In this document: positions 1 to 10,578 of the stretch, piece by piece
Position numbering within the stretch: the stretch's first letter is position 1
Layout of the letters: the number at the start of each line of letters is the position of its first letter
NCBI GenBank assembly: GCA_951406725.2
Contig: OX597821.1
Location: forward strand, 682,001 to 746,000
Source: Octopus vulgaris
Lineage: Eukaryota
Reading direction: 5' to 3'
DNA: 64,000 nt
Position numbers and translations under genes: made by a program
The notes under the pieces: model-generated
Told to the model about the DNA's origin: nothing
The model's input: the letters and a program-made list of their open reading frames with translations, nothing else
The model's database searches: none

Positions 1-33
1 AATCAAAATAAGGAACAAGGATATTCAGAGGTA

Positions 34-121
34 ATGCAATACGATCGTTTCATGCAACTCCATTTAATTCAAAAATGCAATCATTACATCATTTTAAAAG
101 CAGAGCAATCCTCAGCTGCAT
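34..121 (-). ncRNA. Type I hammerhead ribozyme motif (short stem III)
   Basis: Minus strand reads AUGCAG-CUGAGGA-UUGC...GCAU-GAAAC-GAUC-GUA-UUGCAU: intact core, palindromic ACGAUCGU stem III/loop, 6-bp stem I with one G-U, large stem II insert. Confidence 0.7.
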
Positions 122-201
122 AAAGACATAGAATTTAATTAAATTAGAACAGATGGACACAATAGTATCATTATACCTAATTAATTAAATTCTATGTCTT
201 T

Positions 202-290
202 ATGCAGCTGAAGATTGCTCTGCATTTTAAATTGATGCAATGATTGCATTGTTCAATTAAATGGAGTTGCATGAAACGACTGTACTGCAT
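202..290 (+). ncRNA. Type I hammerhead ribozyme motif (short stem III)
   Basis: AUGCAG-CUGAAGA(208-214)-UUGC...GCAU-GAAAC(273-277)-GACU-GUA(282-284)-CUGCAU; perfect 6-bp stem I. Confidence 0.7.
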
Positions 291-467
291 TACCTATATA
301 CTATATTTGTATATAGTGAGTCAGCTTTACTTCAACATATACTTGCTTCACAGAGGACACCTGTGCACTGACATGCACCGCTCACATTTCAGCTCTACAC
401 ATACACAACACATCTAACAGTACTCTTTACCTTTCTACGTATATATATATATATATATATATATATA

Positions 468-867
468 CTAGCAGTATCGCCCGGCATTGCTCGGGTTTGT
501 AAGGGAAATAACTATATAAGCATTTTTAGAGAGTTATAGCCAAAAAATAACAAAAAACTGCATTAAAAATGGAAAACAAATGATGGTAAATTTTTTTTTA
601 AATCGTTGACTCATCTTAGACATTTTTAGAGAGTTACTTCCCTTATATAATAGCGAAAAAAATGCATTAAAATGGAAAAAAATTATGGTAAATTTTTTTT
701 TTAAATCGTAGACTCATCGTAGACGCGCGCTAATACCCAGAAGGGCTCGATACGAATCACAACTATAAGATACCTGGTTTTGGTTAAACTGCACCGCAAA
801 ATGTGGGAGTAGTTAGGAATCTAAATCGTAGGAGACAGACACACAACTTCTCTTTTATATATAAAGA
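468..867 (-). mobile_element. Non-autonomous Helitron (~400 bp)
   Basis: Minus strand starts 5'-TC and ends CTAG-3'. A GC-rich hairpin (cccggcattgctcggg, 480-495) lies ~8 nt from the end. Inserted between A and T with no TSD; contains an internal imperfect tandem duplication. Confidence 0.85.
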
Positions 868-915
868 TATGTAATAATAATAAAGGGTAAAATTAATTAA
901 TCAATTTATAATTTG

Positions 916-1099
916 CACGTAAAATGCACCCACTACACTCACGGAGTGGTTGGCGTTAGGAAGGGCATCCAGCCGTAGAAACACTGCCAAATCTGACTGG
1001 GCCTGATGAAGCCTTCCGGCTTCACAGACCCCAGTTAAACCGTCCAACCCATGCCAGCATGGAAAACGGACGCTAAATGATGATGATGATGATGATGAT
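916..1099 (+). mobile_element. SINE-like family A (ggagtggttggcgttaggaagggcatcc core, RTE-type 3' end, (GAT)n tail)
   Basis: Matches more than 12 other copies in the window; ends ccatgccagcatggaaaacggacg..(tga)n. Confidence 0.8.
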
Positions 1100-1414
1100 A
1101 TATATATAGTAGAAATATGTTACGAAAAGAAAATATAAAATACATGTGGAACTGTAAGGGTAAAATATGAGAAATCAACGAAAATGCATATTGAGGATAG
1201 AAAAAGGCTATTTATGACAGGTAACGGCAAATATATACATTTAGATTGACTGAGGTAGTAATACGAGTCATAAAAGTCATTATTATGAGATGATAACTCT
1301 CTCTTAGCATTTGGTTTTCCCTTATCTTAGCTAAGATATCATTGTAGATGTTTTTCATTTTTTCTTTAAACACATTACAATAATTATATTGTGTCTGGGG
1401 AGAGTCATTTTCTT

Positions 1415-1700
1415 TTTGTGGCCGTTGCCAGCCTTGTCTGGCCCCCGTGCCGGTGGCACGTAAAAAGCACCATCCGATCATGGCCGTTTGCCAGCCTCAT
1501 CTGGCACCTGTGCAGGTGGCACATAAAAAGCACCCACTACACTCTTGGAGTGGTTGGCGTTAGGAAGGGCATCCAGCTGTAGAAACACTGCCAGATCAGA
1601 CTGGGCCTGGCGCAGCCTCCTGGCTTCCCAGACCCCAGTTGAACCGTCCAACCCATGCTAGCATGGAAAACGGACGTTATACGATGATGATGATGATGAT
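1415..1700 (+). mobile_element. SINE-like family A copy
   Basis: Same core and (GAT)n tail; 5' part has tandem gtggcacgtaaaaagcacc subrepeats. Confidence 0.8.
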
Positions 1701-1741
1701 TATAAGATGATAATAAAGTAAGAGAACAAAACGAACCAATG

Positions 1742-1772
<31 letters not shown>

Positions 1773-2151
1773 GGTGCAGATGTGGCTGTGTGGTAGGAAG
1801 GTTGCTTCTCAAACATATGGTTCTAGGTTCAGTCCCACTGTGTTGCACCTTGGGCAACGGTCTTCTACTACAGCTTCAGGCTGATCAAAGCTTTATAAGT
1901 GGATTTGGTAGATGGAAACTGAAAGAAGCCCGTCATGTGTGTGTATCCCACCACTGTTTCACAACTGGTGTTGATGTGTTTATGTCTGTGTAAGTTAACG
2001 GTGCAGCAAAAGAGACTGATTGAATAAGTACCAGTCTTGAAATGAATAAATAAATAAATAAGTATTGGGGTTGATTTGTTCTACAAAAAAAAAATAAAAA
2101 TTTCAAGCTAGTGCCCCAGCATGGCCACAATCTAATGACTGAAACAAGTAA
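1773..2151 (+). mobile_element. tRNA-derived SINE family B
   Basis: A-box-like tggctgtgtggt, B-box-like ggttcagtccc, 3' tail cagcatggccaca...tgactgaaacaagt; many copies in the window. Confidence 0.8.
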
Positions 2152-2155
2152 GATA

Positions 2156-2190
<35 letters not shown>

Positions 2191-2336
2191 GTGAAATAGA
2201 AAGATGAATAATCTTGTAGCAGATTAATCAAAAGTTTAACCGATACCTTGGTAGCAAAAATCACAGCAGAAGACAGCACGGTTGGAGGTACAACCATATG
2301 GTGTTGCAACCGTGCATTGGTGCGGATAATTGAAAT

Positions 2337-2444
2337 TAAAATATTATTGGTGAATTGAAGAAATGGAGCTGAACGAAGATTGAACAGAAATAAAACGATT
2401 TCTGTTCAATCTTCGTTCAGCTCCATTTCTTCAATTCACCAATA

Positions 2445-2452
<8 letters not shown>
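2337..2452. repeat. Perfect 55-bp inverted repeat with 6-nt loop
   Basis: 2337-2391 is the exact reverse complement of 2398-2452; loop aaaacg; abuts (TA)n. Confidence 0.95.
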
Positions 2453-2489
<37 letters not shown>

Positions 2490-2504
2490 ATTGATAATTT
2501 CAAC

Positions 2505-2840
2505 AAGAGGCCGCCAGACAGGTATGTACTGCACTTATTGCATGTGAGCTTAAGAAATACTCCCTTGATATAGTTGTGCTCTCTGAAACTCGTCTCTCTG
2601 GTGAAGGTCAAATAAATGAACCAACTTATAGATATACTACCTTTTAGGAGAGGCTTACCTGGGGGTCAGCAGAGAGAATCTGGTGTTGGGTTTGCTCTCA
2701 AGAATACATTAGTATCCTCCATTGCAGAACTTCCAAGTAGTGTATCTGAACAAACCGTGTCATGCTGTATAAAACTGACAAAAGGTAGGTTTCTTACCGT
2801 TCTCAGTATTTATGCACCAATAATGTCTCATTCTGATGTA
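2505..2840 (+). mobile_element. RTE-clade LINE fragment (AP endonuclease, decayed)
   Basis: Translates to ELKKYSLDIVVLSETRLSGEGQINE...RESGVGFALKN...LTVLSIYAPIMS, i.e. APE motifs of RTE/BovB-type ORFs, with stop/frameshift. Confidence 0.8.
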
Positions 2841-3239
2841 TAAGTGTGGAATGGAACCATTGGTGTTATATATATGCCATGGCTTACAATTGTTTCAGTA
2901 TTTAGGACTAATGATATCCCAAGAAGGTCACAATGAAGATCCTAGGTACCAAGTGATGTACACGAGTGCAATGAGCATGTTCAATGATGAGGGTGCCCAG
3001 CTGTAGCAGCTCACTAGTTAGCTGATGCCCAACAATTGTCTGATGGTATAAATATTCTTCTTGGCTGCAATAACCTTCAAGCTATTGGTCTAGGACTCCT
3101 CTGTTTTGTCAGTTATCCAATGTCTTCACTGCAATCCTGGCACAGGAAGCTAAGGAGTTACTAGCACTGCCCCAAAGTGCCACCTCAGTCTACAGATGAA
3201 AGGGATAGCTTGCTCTCCCTTTCATGGCCTGTACTATCA

Positions 3240-3445
3240 TCTCTTTCCACTTCCGATCACTTCAGCAATGTAACTACACATGTGCTGTTGGTGATATTTT
3301 CCCTTCTCTGGACTTTTGTGTCTTCCTTTCTGACAAAGAGCTATGCTCGAAATGTCAAAAACTCTCTCTTTTTACTGAACATCCCACTAATACATTCCAT
3401 GTGCACATCTTCTTCTTTGTTATTTTCAATGCTCCATTTTTAGAT
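3240..3445 (+). mobile_element. Penelope-like terminal fragment with degenerate minimal hammerhead (3326-3361)
   Basis: CUUU-CUGACAA-A-GAGC-UAU-GCUC-GAAA-U-GUC-AAAA; second copy at 23935-24070 on the minus strand. Confidence 0.6.
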
Positions 3446-3479
3446 TTGACTACACACACGCACACACACACATATATAT

Positions 3480-3665
3480 GTCGCCATGATAGATCTTTAG
3501 CCACTACACACATTTTTTTACCTCCTTGTTTTTTCTGTGTCCCTTTCTGTAGAAGAGCGTAGTCTCGAAATGTAAAAGACTTTTTCTATTCCTGAGCGTT
3601 ATACTAATACATTTGTTTGTTTTGTACACCACCTGTCTTCGTCTTTTGTTTTTTTTGTAAACTCT

Positions 3666-3670
<5 letters not shown>
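3480..3670 (+). mobile_element. Penelope-like terminal fragment with variant minimal hammerhead (3543-3578)
   Basis: CUUU-CUGUAGA-A-GAG-CGUAGU-CUC-GAAA-U-GUA-AAAG; the fragment ends directly in (TA)n. Confidence 0.6.
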
Positions 3671-3712
<42 letters not shown>

Positions 3713-3910
3713 CATTTAACATCCACTTTGATGGAGTTTGACAGAAGCTGGCTAGATAGAAGATTGCACCAGGCTTCGGCATCTGTTTTGGCATGGTTTT
3801 TCTATGGTTGGATGCCCTTCTTACACCATCTACCCTGATATATATACATACAGATGGGTGGATAAACAAAAGAAAAAACCACACATTTAGTGGGAATTAC
3901 ATTTATTATC

Positions 3911-4087
3911 ATTTAAAACCGTTTGATTTGGTTCAATACGATTTAAAGTTTCGCAGGCTCCTTGAAGGAACCTAGCTTGTTTAGTCTCAAATTACTGAAT
4001 CAGTAATCTGAGCCTGAATGATCTAGGTTTCTTCAAGAAGCCTGTGAAACTTTAAGCTGCATGGAGCCAAATAAAACTGTTTTAAAT
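3911..4087. repeat. Imperfect ~88-bp-arm palindrome centred at 3999
   Basis: atttaaaacc...attactga|a|tcagtaat...gttttaaat; arms diverged, no spacer. Confidence 0.85.
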
Positions 4088-4124
4088 AGTATATATATAT
4101 ATATATATCCTGGTGTCATGCAAC

Positions 4125-4345
4125 TTGTACCTGCCCATTCTGGTGGCACACAAAAGTACCCCTTACACTCTTGGAGTGGTTGGTGTTAGGAAGGGCATCC
4201 AGCTGTAGAAATCATGCCAAATCAGACTGGGGTCTGGTGCAGCGCCTCAGTTTACCAGTTCTGGTTGAACCGTCCAACCCATGCCAGCATGACCAATGGA
4301 TGTTAAATCATGATGATGATGATTATGATGATGATGATTATGATA
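4125..4345 (+). mobile_element. SINE-like family A copy
   Basis: Core plus (GAT)n tail. Confidence 0.75.
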
Positions 4346-4859
4346 CCCATCAATAACCTAAGTAAATTTAGTTCCAGTTTGGAGAACCAAACCTAGATCA
4401 TGTGATTCTGTATCTCTCATAACTACACCACAGATGGGCGAAAACCAACCAAAGTTATCTTAAAATCAACCTAAACCAAAGCACTAAACCATTTTGTCTT
4501 ATAAAAACCAGAATTCCCAGGAAAGGTTTTCCAATTTTCCATAAACCACTCCGTACTCCCCAAACAGCCAATCCAACCACTATGCAGGTTACATTTCACG
4601 ATTCCACTCAATATCAGTAACAAAAAGATTTCGTGATATTGTTGTTGCAGTTGGCATTGTTAAAATTGTTGTAGACCTTGTTGTTGTTGTTCTTTATTAT
4701 TGGACATATCTAGCTTCTATTCTTTTCCCATTTAATTCTTGTCTCGTTTCAAACATTGTAATACTTTTTATCACTTTGACTAATATATTCAAAACTGAGC
4801 AAATTTACACAAATACGAAGTGACATGTGATATGTAAGTACATGTATGTCTGTACATAT

Positions 4860-4959
<100 letters not shown>

Positions 4960-5641
4960 TATATATATACACATATATATACACACACACCAATATGTAT
5001 CAATGTAAATTTTTAAACACATGCATATGGACACACACACACACACATATATGTTACAGTTGTACATACATATTTTAGATATTCATAAATGCGTACATAA
5101 ATCAAAAAATAATTCCATTTACAAGAAGAACAGGGAAAACGAAAAGCAAAACAAAACAAAAAACCCCTCAAAAACCAAAGAAAAGAAATAAACTAAAGAA
5201 GAAGGAGGCAAAGAAGAAGAAGAAGAAGAAGAAACAGGAAGGTGGGGTGGTGGGGTGCAGGAGCAGGCAGTGGAAGGAATGATGTAGAAAGAAAAGAGAA
5301 GAAAGAAAAGAAGAAGCAAACAGCTGAAAGTGGACCATTCCAATTGAACGGAGGTTTATATTCAATGTTGCTATATTGGTTTATTTTCACCTCCCACCCC
5401 GCCTCTCTCTCTCTCCCTTTCTCCCCAATGCTTCCCCCCCCCCCACACTGTAAGCAACAACTGTAACAACAACAGCAACAACACTATATGCTTTCACTAG
5501 TCTTCAATATTTTTCACACTCAGCTGTCACTTTCACAGCTCTTTATTTAATTAGTTCTCGGTTCAATTCCCTCTGTCTCTATTCACCAAAATCTATTGTC
5601 TTTGAAATTATTATTATTATTGTTATTATTATTATCATCAT

Positions 5642-6375
5642 GGCAGCGAGTTGGCGGAATTGTTAGAATGCCAGGCGAAATGCTTTGCGCTATTTTGTCT
5701 GCTGCTACGTTCTGAGTTCAAATTCCGCCGAGGTCGACTTTGCCTTTTATTCTTTTAGAGTTGGAAAATTAAATACCAGTGAAACACTGGGGTTGATATA
5801 ATCGACTAGTGTCCCCTCCCACTAAAATTTCAGGTTTTGCGCCTATATTAGAAAGGATCATCATCATCATCATCATCATTATTATTATTATTATTATCAT
5901 CATCATTAATAGTGGGAAGGCAGTTAGCTGGCGGAACTGTTACCATACTAGACACGATGCTTAGTGGTATTTCATCTATCTCTATGTTCAGAGTTCAAAT
6001 TTTGCCAAAACCGTCTTTGCTTTTCATCCTTTCAGGATCAATATAATAAGTACCAGTTTCATACTGGGGTGGATGTAATCGACTTAACCCCTCCCCCAAA
6101 TTTGCTGGCCTAGTGCCATAGTTTGAAACCATCATTATTATTATTATTAACAATAGTAAAGCAGTGAGCTGGCAGAATTGTTAGCATGCCAGGTGAAATG
6201 CTTAGCGGTATTTTGCCTGTCTTTATGTTCTGAGTTCAAATTCCGCTGAGGTCGACTTTGCCTTTCATCCTTTCGGGGTCGATAAATTAAGAACCAGCTG
6301 TGTACCAGGGTAAATCTAATCGACTGGCTCCCTCCCCCAAAATTTTGGGCCTTGTACCTAGAGTAGGAAAGAATA
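5642..6375 (+). mobile_element. Three tandem copies of tRNA-derived SINE family C (~5642-5857, 5918-6130, 6160-6375)
   Basis: Each reads ggc(a/g)g..agctggc.gaa..gttag...gagttcaaattccgccgaggtcgactttgcctttcatcctt...; copies are separated by (ATT/ATC)n. Confidence 0.8.
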
Positions 6376-6419
6376 TATAATATATTGAAGTGTATATAAT
6401 GATTAGCCTACATTACTCT

Positions 6420-6610
6420 GTAAGGATCATAGGACCACCTCCCCTGGATGGGTTGCCTGTCTGTCATAGAATTATCCACATTTACCAGTTGAGTAAACTG
6501 GTGTAATATGAAATGAAGTGTTTTGCTCAAGAACACATGTCTGGTCCAGGAGTCAAAACCACAGCTTTACAATCATGAGTCTTACACCCTAGCAACTGAG
6601 CCATGCGCCT
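6420..6610 (-). mobile_element. tRNA-derived SINE family E (degenerate)
   Basis: Reverse complement begins ggcgcatggctcag.tg.tag and contains ttcttgagcaa..cacttcatttca. Confidence 0.65.
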
Positions 6611-6839
6611 CTAATAGTGTATGTCCCTGTTTTAGAACAGGTGCACTGTGACCCCTGCATGTTGTCAAAGGTGAGTAAGGTGTTGGTGGCTGGAAGAGCA
6701 CCCAGCTGTAAAACACTGCCTCGGAAAACCTGTCCAACATGTGATGATAATTGACTATAAGTTCTTTGCAAACAGCTTCATGGAAACTGCCATCATCATC
6801 ATCACCATCACCAACCTTCATACGTAAAGCATTAGCATG

Positions 6840-7465
6840 GTAAACCATCAAAATGGCACCATCATCAACACAGTCATCACAACCACCCCCACCATCATCA
6901 CTACTACCACCACCACCACCATATTCATCATGATGACCACCAGTCATCACTATCAACATCCCTATCAGTACCATCATCATCATAACCACCATCACCACAA
7001 CCACCATCATCACCATCACCATCATTATCATCACAACCACCATCACCATCACCATCACCATCATCACAACCATCACCACAACCACCATCATCACCATCAC
7101 CATCATTATCATCACAACCACCATCACCACCACCACCACAACCACCATCATCACCATCATTATCATCATAACCACCACCACCACCACCACCACTGCCATC
7201 ATCACCATCATCACCATCACCATCATCACCATCATCACAACCATCACCACCACCACCACCATCACCACCACCACCATCATCACCATCACAACCACCACCA
7301 CACAATCACTATGATCATCCTCATCATTCTTAAAACACTGCAATGTTTTACACTTCACTTTCCTGCACACCTCAAACATCAGCCACCACTGGGAAGTGCA
7401 CCAGCACCACTCCCATCCCGCCGCCGCCACCACCACTTACAACAACAACAACAACAACAACATCA
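6840..7465. repeat. Compound (CAC/CAT/CAA)n trinucleotide tract
   Basis: Directly visible; source of the poly-His/Val/Gly ORFs. Confidence 0.9.
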
Positions 7466-7599
7466 TTATATTAAATCCAAACCGACATTGACATGTCAAT
7501 CTAATACCATTTATATACTCCTCGTTCAACAACAACACATCCCTCCCCACGTCTCTCATACTCCCATCTACTCACCGACTCTCTCTCCTTCTCCCTCCC

Positions 7600-7636
<37 letters not shown>

Positions 7637-8115
7637 ATGCCTGTCTCTCTGTCTCACTCTCACAGATTTATTTATTTTCATGTTTATGTATTTTTATCTT
7701 TTGTCTTTGTGTTTGTTAATGTATTCTCTTGTTTACAGATCACGGAGTCAAAATGTGGCTGCAAGGTTTGGGTTAGTAACAGAAGTAAACTTTCATTTGG
7801 AGAAAGTCTTGAAATCTAGTGTCAGATTAGCACAAATGGCAGTGGTGGTGGTGGTTGTGTAGTGTTGTTGTTATTTTAGGTAATTTCTCATTTGTTTCAG
7901 TGGAGTAAGAACGTGTGTGTGTTTGTGTGTGTGTGTGAGTGTGATTGCATGTATATGTGATTGTGTATATGTGTGATTGTGTAACTGTGTGTGTGTCTGT
8001 TGGATAATGTGTATATCTGTGCATGTCACATTGTGCACATGTGCATGTGTGTGTATGTATGCATCTGTGTGATCATATGTCTGAACATGTATGTATCGGT
8101 ATGAATGTGCGTATG

Positions 8116-8149
<34 letters not shown>

Positions 8150-8196
8150 GGTTAGTATGAAAACATGTGTGTTTCCATGCAGGCTGGTGTGAGCAT

Positions 8197-8297
8197 GCAT
8201 TTGTGTATGTGTTGGTGTGAATACATGCATTTGTGTATGTGTTGGTGTGAATACATGCATGTGTGTATGTGTTGGTGTGAATACATGCATGTGTGTG
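8197..8297. repeat. 30-bp minisatellite, ~3 copies
   Basis: gcat(t/g)tgtgtatgtgttggtgtgaatacat repeated. Confidence 0.85.
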
Positions 8298-8883
8298 TCA
8301 GTGGCTAAAAACATGTGTATGTATGTCAATATGGAAATCTGTATCTGCACATGTCAATCTATGTGTGTGTGTGTGTGTGTGTGTACTAGTTACTTATTAA
8401 TGTGTGTGTATATGTACATCCCAATGTGGCTATGAATGTGTCTATAGATCTCCTTAATTGCGTATGTTGTTCTTTGAGTGTTTATATGCCAGTTTTAAGA
8501 GTACATAAACGTGTGTATATGTGTGTTAAATTTTTTAAAATTTATTTTTCAAGTGAGGAAAGAAGAGAGAGAGGTTCCATTTTTACTTTCTTTGTCCCAT
8601 TTACCTTACATCAGCCTGTTTCCTCCTCTTTCCCAAGCTGCCGCCCTCTTCTCTCTCTTTCCATGATTCTTCCTCTCACCGTTTCCAAAGAAATGAAGAA
8701 GTCTAACCAAACACCAAATAGGAAGATGTCGGTATTTAAAGAATTTATCTAGTTTGGCAGCAAAAATAGATCTGTTTATTTCACAAACTTAATTATTTGA
8801 TGATGTTGTCTTTGACGGAAATCCTTCTCTCTATCTCATTGAATTTTTTTTTCTTCTTACTTTCCCCATATATATACGTATAT

Positions 8884-9011
<128 letters not shown>

Positions 9012-9170
9012 GGGTGGTTGATGCTAAGAGAGATATCACGGAAGTTAACAGAGGTATTGCAGTTGTCTATGTAGCGACCGTATAGTTCAGGGGTCGGCCC
9101 GGAGAATTGGGAGAATACTTGGGCCCCAATGTAGCAAACAAAGAGATTGGCGAAATTGGGGCCCAATGCA
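9012..9170 (-). mobile_element. Penelope-like element reverse-transcriptase fragment
   Basis: Translates to [48 protein letters not shown], matching PLE RT motifs (GP.FANLF, RYIDD, VNFLD); flanked by (TA)n on both sides. Confidence 0.8.
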
Positions 9171-9210
<40 letters not shown>

Positions 9211-9244
9211 TACACATATATATATACATACATATATATATTTT

Positions 9245-9607
9245 AAAGAAACACTCATTATCGCTATGGGCTCCGTGTGGGCAGTCATCTAAAAGTTTTT
9301 GTTCATCTTGATGCTGACATAAGTTCCTTGTTTTTCCTGATGAGAAGGCGGCATAATGCACCCCTTATTCCTTCGAAATTAGGATTATGCAGCCTTCGAA
9401 ACATATGTCGAGAATAAAGGAATTTTGTTAATTCGTCATTCAACTCCATTCCTTCATTTATTTCTATTAAAAATACACACAAATTTCCACAAAAGCACGT
9501 GATCTCTGCCCTTGGCATGTAGCTTCAACAGTGTTTTTCTGACGTGAATTTGCTACCCAGGTATCGGTTAACCGAATTATCCTTAATAAGATAATTCATT
9601 CATCTAC
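9245..9607 (+). mobile_element. Penelope-like pLTR fragment
   Basis: Island between (TA)n tracts that contains the hammerhead below; its 3' part resembles the reverse complement of ~2200-2295. Confidence 0.65.
9321..9425 (+). ncRNA. Canonical-core type I hammerhead ribozyme
   Basis: CUGAUGA (9337-9343), stem II GAAGGC/GCCUUC extended by GCAUAAU/AUUAUGC, GAAAC (9398-9402), AUAU, GUC (9407-9409); stem I pairs 14 of 16 positions; palindromic ACAUAUGU stem III. Confidence 0.85.
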
Positions 9608-9970
9608 ATATATATATATATACATACACATATATATATATATACATACATATATATATACATACATATATATATATTCATACATATATATACATACATA
9701 TATGTATATATATATATACATACATACATATATATATACATACATATATATATACATATATATATATATACATACATACATACATATATATATACATACA
9801 TATATATACATAACATATATATATATATATACATACATACATACGTATATATATATATACATACATATATATATATACATACATATATGTATATATATAC
9901 ATACACATACATATATGTATATATATATACATATATGTATATATATATATACATACATATATGTTTATAT

Positions 9971-10013
<43 letters not shown>

Positions 10014-10198
10014 TGTATATATATATGTATATATACATATACATACATATATGTATATATATATGTATATATTTATATACATACATACATATATATATAT
10101 ACATACATATATATATATTTACATGCATACATATATGTATATATATACATACATATATATATATTTACATACATACATATATGTATATATATATATAC

Positions 10199-10230
<32 letters not shown>

Positions 10231-10253
10231 ACATACATATATATATACATACA

Positions 10254-10301
<48 letters not shown>

Positions 10302-10307
10302 CATATA
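9605..10307. repeat. Compound (TA)/(TACA) microsatellite
   Basis: Directly visible. Confidence 0.95.
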
Positions 10308-10578
10308 TGATCACGTGACCGACCAGTCCGTCAGATGTAGTTACACATCGCTGGTCACAATGCGTTCGCATTGTTTTAGCCTTTGAATGACGCCACCCCG
10401 CTGGCTAAGTGAGCAGGCCAACAGAAGAGTACAGCAGGGATCACCACCCCCTGCCGGAGCCTTGTGGCGCTTTTTGTGTTTTCGCTCAATAAACACTCAC
10501 AACGTCCGGTCTGGGAATCGAAACCACGATTCTACGACCGCGAGTCCGCTGCCCTAACCACTGGGCCATTGCGCCTCC
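10308..10578 (-). mobile_element. tRNA-derived SINE family D
   Basis: Reverse complement ggaggcgcaatggcccagtggttagggcagcggactcgcg...ggtttcgattcccag has A and B boxes; second copy near 23613. Confidence 0.8.

Larger units (their letters stand above)
29..295. repeat. Long inverted repeat (arms ~29-147 and ~177-295), Penelope-like pLTR type; each arm carries a hammerhead motif
   Basis: The arms are reverse complements with scattered mismatches (aggtaatgca...aattag / ctaatt...tgcattacct) around a 29-nt spacer. Confidence 0.9.

Noticed and set aside
1004-1030. CUGAUGA-AGCC-UUCC-GGCU hammerhead-like start in SINE A
   Set aside because: Not followed by GAAA; other family A copies have ctggtgcagcc here, so it is a chance variant.
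6582-7862. Long His-rich, Val/Met-rich and Gly/Asp-rich ORFs (up to 341 aa)
   Set aside because: Stop-free translations of a CAC/CAT trinucleotide tract, open in several frames on both strands; no domain signal.
10505-10578. tRNA-like sequence (also 23845-23916 and other SINE heads)
   Set aside because: These are SINE heads that continue into SINE bodies; no complete cloverleaf or acceptor stem, so not called tRNA genes.
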